Source of the DNA: Macrostomum hystrix
Taxonomy: Eukaryota; Animalia; Platyhelminthes
DNA: 64,000 nt
Assembly (NCBI GenBank): GCA_950097015.1
Contig: CATNEN010000039.1
Location: forward strand, 17,546,001 to 17,610,000
Reading direction: 5' to 3'
The notes below the pieces were generated by a model. That model saw only the letters and a list, made by a program, of their open reading frames with translations, made no database searches and had not been told where the DNA came from. Positions 34,311 to 46,300 of this stretch are shown piece by piece; the stretch's first letter is position 1; every line of letters starts with the position of its first letter. Both the position numbers and the translations under genes were made by a program.

Positions 34311-37300
34311 ATGATTAGCTTTTTTGTAGTAGGCTTTGCTGCTCTCTTTATCGTTCTACTTATCGGTTTTCTTCTGTATGCCTCTCCAGTAAGTAGTTTT
34401 TGAACACTTTTGAGCAACCCAATTCCCAAACAATTTTTTGTCCTCTTTTCAAACGCTATAAAGAAAAGAAAGTATATTAAAAAGTCTCTTTGGTGTTATG
34501 TTAGAAGTCAAGGCGAGTGTGTGCGAGCTACGAAACGCTTAAAGCCAGCGATGGGCAGAGAGCCGATATATATATTATTGTTTAGTCAAGTGCAGTGAGC
34601 AATGTACATTGTACGCGTCAATGGGGGACTGGGGGGCAGGTGCACTGAGAAAGAGAAAGACTACACATCGGCTAGCCAGCAACGATCATTAGGCCTACAC
34701 AACATTTGGCAGCTACTACAACTAATTATGCTTTTGTAACACAGACAATTAAGAATAAAAACTCTTAAACTAGACTTCCTTCATTTTCTATCTTATTTAG
34801 TTAGATAGATAATTCTTCGTCATATGCACATACCTGATATGATATGCCTTGGTTAGCAGTTTCTGATTATTTTAAATAATATTAGGCCTAGAGTAAATAA
34901 AATCGTTAATATGGTATTACAATAAACATGTACACATATCTTTTGTTTTATAATATGTAATAGCCACTAATAGGCCTAGCATAAGGGGGTCTATAGTTTA
35001 TAGGAACCTAGAGGTTCTTGCCTCTTTGTCTTCCGCCATCTCATCTGCCAACAGGCGAGTTAGCTTATTTTTAGGCAAGTGAAATTTATGAGCAGACAAG
35101 TTGGTGAACTTGGCCTTGACTGAATTGAGAAGAAATTAATCACTTGCTATTGCTATCATGCCAGTCTGTGACTGGAAGATCAGCTTACTATTTAGTTTGG
35201 CTATTTCACTAATTTAAACAGATTTGTACATACTTTTTTCTATTTAAAAATGAAAGGAAAGGTCAACTTGCTGCTTCTGTCATATATATGGATATATATA
35301 GATATATATGGATATATATGACAGACTGTCTATGATATATTATAATTCCTTTCATTTCATGCCCCTATGATTTATGATAGTTTTTACTTTTATTTTCTGG
35401 AAATAAAATTCATAGCAGAAAACTTTGTTTTAGTTGTCCTTACAACAGACAAGTCTATACAATGGTTTTTTTAAAAAGTGGTAGCAGACTAAAATACCAC
35501 AAACTGAACCTAGGACTAGGCCTATTATAGGTTGTGACAGTAGTGTAGTAGGGATGCTTTTATTATTTCTTTAAAGTCAAATTCGTGCCTATGCTTTTTG
35601 TTTGAATGCGCAAAATATTTTTTATATGTAAAATATTTAAAATATTTTGTCAAATTCGTTTACTTTAACAAACATTTTCTTTTGTGTATATAAACGAGTG
35701 TAATTCAGTTGAGACAAATCAACGTGCCAGTGTGGCGAAAAGCAAATAAGCTATTACTGAAGAAGAAAAGTGTTGAGTTGGTTATTTGAGGCTGTGACCC
35801 TCTGATCCACAGAAAACGCCCAGCAAAGACTGGAGAATAGTAAGCCAGTGCCTTAGAAGGTTAAACCGGTCGTGCCGAGTGATACGCTACCATTAGAGAG
35901 AAAAGTAGAGAGACAAGCCCTGTTACAACTTTGGTGGCAGCGGAAAGGATCAGAGAAACAGCGAAATAACCCCATTGAGGAGTAACAATGGATCAAGCTC
36001 AAGTACAAGATTTGATGACTGTACTCGCGGAAGAGCTGAGAAATCGGTTGGAGATTGCTCCAACACGCCATGTGAAGATCCAAAAGTTCACACCTAATCA
36101 GGATATTCAGGTGTGGCTCACCGCATTTGATCAAAGATGCGAGACAGAAGGAATTGATGTGGACCATCGAAAGCAGGAATTGCTTGCCAACTTGGACTTG
36201 TCCACAGCATTTGCCTCTGTACAGAGAATGAACCTCCCAGAAAACCTTGACTACGAAGAATTCAAGGAGCGGATAGCAGAAAGATTCGGACGAACTGGAA
36301 GCCCAGCAGAATTCAGAGAAGAGTTTCGAGGAAGAATGCAAGGCAAGAATGAATCGGTAGAAGCCTATTCAGATAGTCTGATTGAACTGGCTGCCAGAGC
36401 CTTCCCAAACATGACAATGGAGCAACGAGAAGATGAACTGGTTGAGCAATACATCAAGGGAGCCAAGATATCCGCTGACATGAGGGAGAAACTAATCTTT
36501 GCTCAGCCTGCCAATCTACAGGAACTAAAGAGAATGCTTAGAAGGTTGGAAGCCGCCTGGAGCATGACACACAAAGGTGCCGGAGTAAGGATTACCAGAA
36601 ATGGTGAAGAGGAAGAGGAGTCTCTAAGGGCAACAATTGTGAAGCAGAAGGAAGAAATTGAAAGACAGCAGAAACTCTTGCAGGAGCTCACCAGCAAAAT
36701 GGCTGAGAAACAGTACGTACCAAGGAAGCCATATGTACCTAAGTTCCTGCAACAGCAGAATACGCAGTACAATGGGCAGCAATTCTTGAACCAGAACCGA
36801 ACCTGCTTCAACTGCGGAAAACTCGGCCATATTGCCAGATTCTGTCCTATGAGGATGGGCAACGGTCAGCAGAACTTCCAGAACCAGGGAAACTAAAATA
36901 CGAGGGACGTAAGTCGAGGCCCCGTTCCTCCGGAAAATCCTTTAACAAATTCCAGGCCTCAGAGTTTGTAAATAGTGCGTATAAAATTGATAACCAACGT
37001 TTTGCTTACAAGAAAAATAATTATTATTTCAACAAGTTTAATCAGCCGCGAGAAATGAGACAGCACCATGCGTATGCACCCAGCACTGCAAAAATGCAAG
37101 CACATTCGAAAGCACCAGTTACACCATGTGAAACAAGTCAGAAAGCCGCTAGCAAAGAAATTAAAAGTGAGTCACCCATTGAGACGATCAGAATCCCAGA
37201 GCCGGTCAAGAAAGGTCAGGAAGCAATTGTGAATGGAAAGATACGAAAGCGAGATATTATGTTTTTGATAGACACAGGAGCCGGAAATAACTTCTTAAGT

Positions 37301-40300
37301 AGGAGTTCATGGAAGAGAGTGGTTTGTGACGACGAGATAGAACCATGCAATTTGAGAGTCACCACGTTTGACGGATCAGTTGTGTCACTTAGAGGTGAAT
37401 CAATGCTTAAAGTGAAGTTCGGAGAAATTGAGATTGAGACAAGATTTCTTCTGTGTGACCACGACTGTGACGATATCCTTGGAATGGACTTTCTCACAGA
37501 CTACTGTGATGGTATCAATTTCAGTAAAGGAGTCTTGGTACTGAAAGATGGGATCTGCATCCCAATTCAGTTCACAAGACTACCTGTTCGAATTCGACGA
37601 GTTTATTGCCAGAATCAGATCACGATACCAGCGAATAGTGCTTTGAAAGTGCCAATCCGATTGGGAGAAAATGCCGAAGCTAATCACGGTACTCCCATGG
37701 TGATTGAGACTAATGACGGCTATATTGCAGCCCAAGGTTATGATCTGGAGCTAGTACCAGCATTAGTAACCTTGAACGAAGGAGTTGGAGTCATAGAACT
37801 AGTCAATAAACAGAACAGAGAAGTCAAAGTGAAAGGAGCAGCTCTTATTGGCTATGCTAAGCCATTAACAGCGAAAAACTTGAATTATTTTGTTAATTCA
37901 ATCAATTCGAGTCAAAATACCGGACAAGTCAATGCTGTAAAGAGAGAGGAAGCCTCAAAGGACATTGATGAATGGATCAAGGAGGTTAACATCGGAGAGA
38001 TGAATTCGGAACAAAAGGAACAAGTTATACAATTGCTGAAAGAGAACAGAGCAGCGTTCTCTCAGACCGAGCAAGATATGGGTCTGACACATTTGGTGAC
38101 GCATGAAATTGCTCTTAAAGATACTACGCCAGTCAGAATACCGACTCGCAGAATTCCACCTCATTTGCAAAAACAGGTGGATGATTTGCTTGATGACATG
38201 CTGGCCAAAAACCTGATTAGGCCATGTTATAGCACCTATTCGACACCCTTGGTCATAGTACCAAAGAAGGATGGTACAATAAGGATCGTGAGTGACTTTC
38301 GAGTACTGAATTCTCGTGTGGAGTACTATCCGTATCCGTTACCTAATATTCAGGAGACATTCTCTCACCTTACTGGAAGTCAGTATTTCAGCAGTTTAGA
38401 CCTTAACTCTGGATACTGGCAAGTCCCAATAAAAGAAGAACACAAACATATGACGGCATTCTCGACATTAACTAGGGGCCAGTTTGAGTACCAAGTAATG
38501 GCTCAAGGCTTGTCAAATGCACCTGGAACCTTCCAGAGGTTGATGAACCTTGTGTTGATCGGCATTCAACACAAGTTCGCGATGTCGTATATCGAAGATA
38601 TCGTTACTTACTCGAAGGAATTCGATGAACATCTGTGTCACCTACGAGAAGTGTTCCGGAGATTATCCGAAGCTGGACTGAAATTGAGACCAAGAAAATG
38701 TAATCTGTTTCAAGAAGAACTGAAATATCTAGGCCACATAGTAGGCCGAAATGGAATTCGAACAGATCCGGCCAAAATCGAAGCCATCCGATCATGGCCT
38801 CCTCCGCAAGACGTCAAGGAATTAAGAAGTTTCTTGGGCCTATGCAACTACTATTGTAGATTCGTTAAGGACTATGCCGAAGCAGCGCATCCGCTGTTTC
38901 AGTTAACCAAAAAGGGTATAACGAACTTTAAGGAGAAATGGAACTCGAAACATGACGAGGCGTTTGCACTTCTAAAGCAGAAAATGATGTCCACCGATGT
39001 GTTGGCTTATCCCGAATTCTCAGAATATGAAAATGTCAAAATGGTGTTAGACACTGATGCATCCGAAGGAAGGATAGGAGCCTGTCTTGGACAAATCCAG
39101 GCAGATGGAGTAGAAAGACCAATCGCCTATTTCAGCAGGGCAATGACGGAATCTGAAAAACGATATCCGATAACACGAAAGGAATTGCTCGCCTTGGTGG
39201 ATGGTATGAAACACTTCCGATTCTATTTGATCGGGAAGAAGTTCTTGGCACGTACCGACCACAAAGCGATCCTGTGGCTACTACGTCAAACAGAAGCCCA
39301 GGGTATTTTAGGAAGGTGGATCGAACGGTTGAGTGAGTTTCAGTACGAGATCCAGCATAGAAGCGGAGCTAAGCATAGCAATGCAGACAGCTTGTCTAGA
39401 AGACCATCGGAAATTAAAGAGGCTTCTGAAGCAAAGATTAACCAAAGTCAAATCACTGGACGAGCCATGATGAGTCAGAGCTGTCAGACAGACAGTGGCA
39501 TCGATACAGATGATGATGATGCGAATGAAATTTTCGTGGACGCAAGAGACTATTTCGAAGATGAGGAATTGGAAGAGACAACGGCATGCCGAAAATTATT
39601 AACAGATTTCCTGTCAGTACCACTGACGAAGGAACAGCTGGTTATTGCACAGAGAGAGGATCAGGACGTTAAAATCCTGATTGAGTGGAAGGAACAAGGA
39701 ATACTGAGGCCAGAATTACCCACAGGGGCTAGCCACGAGCTGAAAAAGATGATCAAATCATACGAGCAGATGAAGATTGAGGATGGAATGTTAACCATCG
39801 TGACTGACGGTACCCGGAAAGTAGTACTTCCGAGTGGAATAGAAAAAGAGGTCCTCCGAGAATTGCATGACAGTCCTTTAGCAGGACATCTTGGACGAGA
39901 TAAAACCGTACAAAAGGTACGAGAGCGATTCTGGAAACCTGGCCTAGTTACTACTGTAGAGAATTATGTGGCCGAGTGCATCCCATGCCTCGAGAGTAAA
40001 GCAGGCAATAAGGTGAAGGCACCGGTGCAAACATTTCCTGTGTGCGAGGCATTCCATCGCCTACACATTGATCTGATTGGGCCGATTTCTAAAGAAAGCC
40101 GACGAGGACACAAGTACGTGCTGACAGTCATCGACAGCACTACTAAGTTCCCGTTTGCATTTCCAATCAGAAATCAAAAGTCGGACACAGTCATAAAACT
40201 CCTACAAGAAAGAATTTTTAGCGAGTATGGTCAGTGCCGTTGGATCCACACTGACAACGGGAAAACTTTTGTGAGCCGTCAGTTCCAGGCGTTTTGTACA

Positions 40301-43300
40301 TTGTATGGTATCAAGCATACCTGCACGACGCCATATCATGCGCAAAGCAACGGCCTTGTAGAAAGATTTAACCGTCAGATAAAGTCCATCATCACCTGTC
40401 TAGTTGAGAAAGACCACTCCGACTGGGACCTGTTGATCCCAGCAGCTTTAGTGGCTGTTCGAACGAGTGTAAATCAGACAACAGGATTCACTCCACATTA
40501 TCTATTGTTCGGACGTGAGGCGGAGTTGCCAATAGACAGTGTTGTCAAAAGGCCCAGATTGTACTACGACTATCCTAGCTATGTAGCTGATCATGCTAAA
40601 AGAATTGAGGAGATGCAGAAGGTGGTTCAGAAGAAATTAGAAAAGGTGCGAGACCGTCGGGAGCAGGCTGCTGAGACAGTGATCACCAAGGCCGTGCCAA
40701 TCGGCGGTCTCGTATTGATAAACAATCCACAGTTGCATGGTGACGAGAGCAATAAATTTCACCGAAAGAAGAGAGCCTCTTACAGAGTGTTGGCTAAGCT
40801 TTCGGACACAGTTTTCAGAGTCCAGAAAGAGGAGAATGGAAAACTAATCGGTGCCATGATGCTGGTACACCGGAATAATCTGACTCCTGTACCGAACTCG
40901 GTCAAAGCCACGGGCATGCCCGAAAGTTCTGACATGGAGAAGAGAGAACCAACAGATAAGGGAAGGCAGGAGACTGCCCAGAAGATCCAGAAAAGAAAGG
41001 AAGTGCAACCTAAGATTCTGAAAAAGGCAGTTCAAGAAATCGAGCAAGAAGAAAGCTCTGACTCAGAAGAGGAAAGAATTCAATGGAGAGCTTGCAAAGA
41101 GACAGACATAAGTGGAAGTGAGATTGAAGAAACTGATGAAGACTCTGACACAGATTCCGGAAGTTCGGCAGAACTTATCGAAGATTCTGAAACGGAAACG
41201 GAGGAAGAGTTAGAAGAGTCGGAAGAAGATAACGAAGAAGAACCTGAAGCTGAACCACCAGACCATGATGTTGTGGAGGAACCAGCCTGTGAGGAGGAGG
41301 CTGAGGACCGAGCGGATGTAGCCAGTGGAACGGCAGCACCACTTCAGTGGCGAGAGGTGCGGTACAACCTGCGGCCAAGAAAGCCTACAGTCATCAATGA
41401 GCCAGCAGGTCCGACACCTGTCGCGAATCGCAGGGAGGCACCGCGTAAGCCTAACAAGTATGGCTTTGTGCCAAGGAAGCGGTACTCCCACTACCAGTGA
41501 CGGCAGCAGCAGCAGCGGCGGCAGTGACAGCGGCGGCAGCAGCAGCGGCGGCAGCAGCATCGGCGAAGAAGCAGAGGCGACGGGACTGAGGACGGTGACC
41601 TGATGCTACATAAAGTAAAATTGACTCATGCGGCTTAAATAATATTATTACTAAAAATATCACTCATGCTTTATTCAATTTTTATTTTAGGGAAGGCAAG
41701 TTGTAGTAGGGATGCTTTTATTATTTCTTTAAAGTCAAATTCGTGCCTATGCTTTTTGTTTGAATGCGCAAAATATTTTTTATATGTAAAATATTTAAAA
41801 TATTTTGTCAAATTCGTTTACTTTAACAAACATTTTCTTTTGTGTATATAAACGAGTGTAATTCAGTTGAGACAAATCAACGTGCCAGTGTGGCGAAAAG
41901 CAAATAAGCTATTACTGAAGAAGAAAAGTGTTGAGTTGGTTATTTGAGGCTGTGACCCTCTGATCCACAGAAAACGCCCAGCAAAGACTGGAGAATAGTA
42001 AGCCAGTGCCTTAGAAGGTTAAACCGGTCGTGCCGAGTGATACGCTACCATTAGAGAGAAAAGTAGAGAGACAAGCCCTGTTACAGTAGTAATAGTTGTA
42101 AAGAAGTAATCCTTTATCCCTCAAAAAATTTTGTGCTTAGGTATAGGCAAGCTCTTGTCATTGGAAAGTTAAATTGATTTTACCTAACTTTTTATTGATA
42201 CAATTTGTTTTTTTACTTAGGTTTAAATAATTATACAAAAATATAATTGTAGGGTGCAAAGAAGAAGACTGACATTCCTGGGCCACCTCCAAGTGACAAA
42301 ATGTAAGTCTCTTGTTCTGTTTTATTTTACTAGCTTGTTTCAGAAAATTACTTGCATAGGCCTATTACATGCACCAAAAATTTTAATTTGCAATAATAGG
42401 GCCTAATCATACTGTCTATACTAAATTAACTTTCATGCTCTCATTAGAATGGAAATTATGTAATTATTTGTAATTTTTAAAGCTGCTGATTTTTTTAATT
42501 TAGCAAATACTTATTTGGTAAATTGAATATTATACAAATATAGGGTAATGTATCATCAACCGAACAGTGTATCTTCAAAACCAAACAAGAATTTTGACTC
42601 CTTCCTTGGTCTCGTGCAAGACAGAAACAAGCTATTGTGTTTCACAGAACAACTAATTTGAAAGTTGAAGAAATTATCTACAAGCTGAGGCATGATGTGC
42701 AATGAAGCATTAAGAGGAAAGAAAGATATAGATGCTTCAGTAGAATTTTTTATTGCAAAAGCATACTTTTTAACAACATTTTTTCAGTATGTACTTTAGA
42801 CAAAGATTGTATGTGGTTGCTTGCCAATTAAATGACCATAAATGTAGTTATTTATAGAGCATGAAAAATGCTTCCAAATGACATAATTCATGATAGTTCA
42901 CTCCTTAAAATAAGATTAAACCATTCACTCAAATTATAAAACCAAACATCAAATTCTCTGTTTGGTTTGATGATACATGAAAATCATTGTTCGGTTTTAG
43001 ATAAAAAGCAGTAATAACTTTTTGTTCTATTTGACAAAATAGCAAACGCAGATACTTTTTAGAAAGATGTAACTGTTTTCTATAACTTGGCTTTTGATTT
43101 ATCATCATATCTTAAATAGAAAATCTGTAGCTTAAGTTTGAAGTTTAAAAAATACACATTCTTGTTTGGTTGATGATACATTACCCTAACAATAGTAAGG
43201 TTAAAATTAAATTCAAATTTGATCGATATTGGTAAGGCATATTAAAAAGCAAGTTTCATTATCTGTATGTGTACATTGAAAACAGGTTTTTTAGTTGCTT

Positions 43301-46300
43301 GATTATTTACTAAAATTCATAATCCTTTCTTCAAACACACAAAACAGCCTGGGCAATCTGCCAGACATCAGCAAGGCAGGCAGCTTGCACGAATTTCTCT
43401 GCCAGTTGCACGCCGATCATGGCCCGATGGCTGGATTCTATTTTGGCCAACAGTTTGTAGTCAGCTTGGCCAGTGCAGAGCTCATGCGGCAAACTGTGAG
43501 ATTGTTTGACAGACCCGCTGAGCTCTACAAACTGTTCGAACCGCTCATTGGTGAGTTTGAACAATGAGACTGACCTGTTTTGTAGAGCTTCTTCTCATGT
43601 GCCCTAATGACTGTACAAACTTATCGAAGCAAATCGACCCTAATTATATTGGCCCGTAGGCAATAGACTCGAAGGATATTGGCCTGAAGGCTATAGACTC
43701 GAAGGATATTTGCCTGAAGGCTATAGACTCGAAGGATATTGGCCTGAAGGCTATAGACTCGAAGGATATTGGACTGAAGGCTATAGACTCGAAGGATATT
43801 TGCCTGAAGGCTATAGACTCGAAGGATATTGGCCTGAAGGCTTTATAGACTCGAAGGATATTGGCCTGAAGGCTATAGACTCGAAGGATATTGGACTGAA
43901 GGCTATAGACTCGAAGGATATTGGCCTGAAGGCTTTATAGACTCGAAGGATATTGGCCTGAAGGCTATAGACTCGAAGGATATTGGACTGAAGGCTATAG
44001 ACTCGAAGGATATTGGCCTGAAGGCTATAGACTCGAAGGATATTGGACTGAAGGCTATAGACTCGAAGGATATTGGCCTGAAGGCTTTATAGACTCGAAG
44101 GATATTTGGCCCGTAGGCTATAGACTCGAAGGATATTGGACTGAAGGCTATAGACTCGAAGGATATTGGCCTGAAGGCTATAGACTCGAAGGATATTGGC
44201 CTGAAGGCTTTATAGACTCGAAGGATATTTGGCCCAAAGGCTATAGACTAGAAGGATTGGCTTGAAGGCTATAGACTCGAAGGATATCGGCCTGAAGGCT
44301 TTATAGACTCGAAGGATATTGGCCTGAAGGCTATAGACTCGAAGGATATTGGACTGAAGGCTATAGACTCGAAGGATATTGGCCTGAAGGCTTTATAGAC
44401 TCGAAGGATATTGGCCTGAAGGCTATAAACTCGAAGGATATTGGCCTGAAGGCTATAGACTCGAAGGATATTGGCCTGAAGGCTATAGACTCGAAGGATA
44501 TTGGCCTGAATGCTTGGATATGGACCTGAAGAATATCAACCTAATAGAATTTTACCACATCTGATATAACATTTACTTAAAGGTTGTTTCCCCGAAAGAT
44601 AATTCCACCAACCGACTTTCAGGCCCCAAGTCGATTCAGTACGCCAACGGAGTGGACGGCAGAACTCGTAGAGCAACCTACGATAAGGCCTTCTCACACG
44701 AAGCCGTTGGCCGGGTGATACCTGTGCTGGACGAGTGCGCAGACGAATTGCTAGCCAAATTGCGCAACATGTCGGGCAAAGGCGAGCGAATTCCATTAGT
44801 TAGATTCTGTGTCGGCCTCGCTATTAAAGCGATTTTGCGCGTCACAGTGGAACCGAATCAAGCCAGCCTGCCAGATGAGCAGGTGAGGCTTTTAATCTTG
44901 CGTTTTGAAATACCACTTGAAAATTATGCATAAACTCGCTACTTAACAGTAGAAAGACCGTGATGGGGATTTCAAATACCCACTGCCTACTTTATGATAG
45001 CTCCCAAACTTTCAAAGCCGTCCGACGCCAGCATCATAGCCGTCGAGATATTCAGCGATAATACTTGTCGAAAACCCTGGTGACAAGGAAAAAATAAACA
45101 AAAAACTTCCGAAATAAAACTCCAGAGGTCTACACTAACTACTACTGTTAGTAGTAGGCAAGTGGCTTGTTTTGATTCCTTAATTGTTTTAAACGTAATC
45201 TTATCTGCGTAGCTACAGACACAGAGTGCCAACGTCTGCCGTAGGCTCCATCGACGAATTTTAAGGATGCGCTTAATAATTAAAATAAATTATCAACATT
45301 TTTTGGTGTTTTCAGGTGGCTAAAATTAAAACTTGGTACGACCTGGCCTGGACCGAAATGGAGGCTCGCCTGACTCGAGGCGAACCAGAGCCAGGCGATC
45401 ACAGGACGCAGGTAAATTAAAAAACAGATTCGATTGCTATGAAACTTGTAAATTTGCTGGATTGCTAGTTCAGTGCTCAAACTATTCAGGCCTTCAACGA
45501 CGCAGTCTCTCAGTTGCACAAGTTTGTCGACTCCACTGTGCGTCGTCGTACCGGTCGGAAATTCGACTCGGATCTAGACAAGACCCTCACAGATCTAGTG
45601 ATTGAGCTGCACGGCTCCAAAGATCCTGACGCTCTGCGCTCTGACGTCATCTCCTACCTGATCGGCGGCTTTCACACCTCCGGCTACCTGCTTGTCTGGG
45701 CTCTGTACTTTGCCATTCGGCATCCGAAACTCGCTGACCGGCTGCGTGCCGAGACTGCCGAGGTTGTCGGACCTTCTGGCGAGGTCAACCTCGCGACAAT
45801 AGGCCAGCTGGCCTACCATCGGGCATTCATCGACGAGACCATGCGGCTGTCCTGCCTGGCTCCATTTTCGTCGCGTATTTTGGACGCCGATAGCGACATT
45901 GGCGGCCACGCGGTAAGTTTTTTTCAAGTTTTGGTCCAACCTTTGTACAGGGACCTAGCTAGCCGGTTAGATGGTACAGGGACCTAGCCAGCTGGATGGA
46001 TGGTACAGGGACCTAGCCAGCTGGATGGATGGTACAGGGACCTAGCCAGCTGGTTGGATGGTACAGGGACCTAGCCAGCTGGTTGGATGGTACAGGGACC
46101 TAGCCAGCTGGTTGGATGGTACAGGGACCTAGCCAGCTGGTTGGATGGTACAGGGACCTAGCTAGCTGGTTGGATGGTACAGGGACCTAGCCAGCTGGAT
46201 GGATGGTACAGGGACCTAGCCAGCTGGTTGGATGGTACAGGGACCTAGCCAGCTGGATGGATGGTACAGGGACCTAGCCAGCTAGATGGATGGTACAGGG

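Larger units (their letters stand above)
35544..42085 (+). mobile_element. Complete Ty3/Gypsy LTR retrotransposon in CYP20 intron 1
   Basis: Two 384-bp TG..CA LTRs, 4-bp TSD GTAG (35540-35543 and 42086-42089), PBS, PPT, gag and PR-RT-RH-IN pol. Confidence 0.97.
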
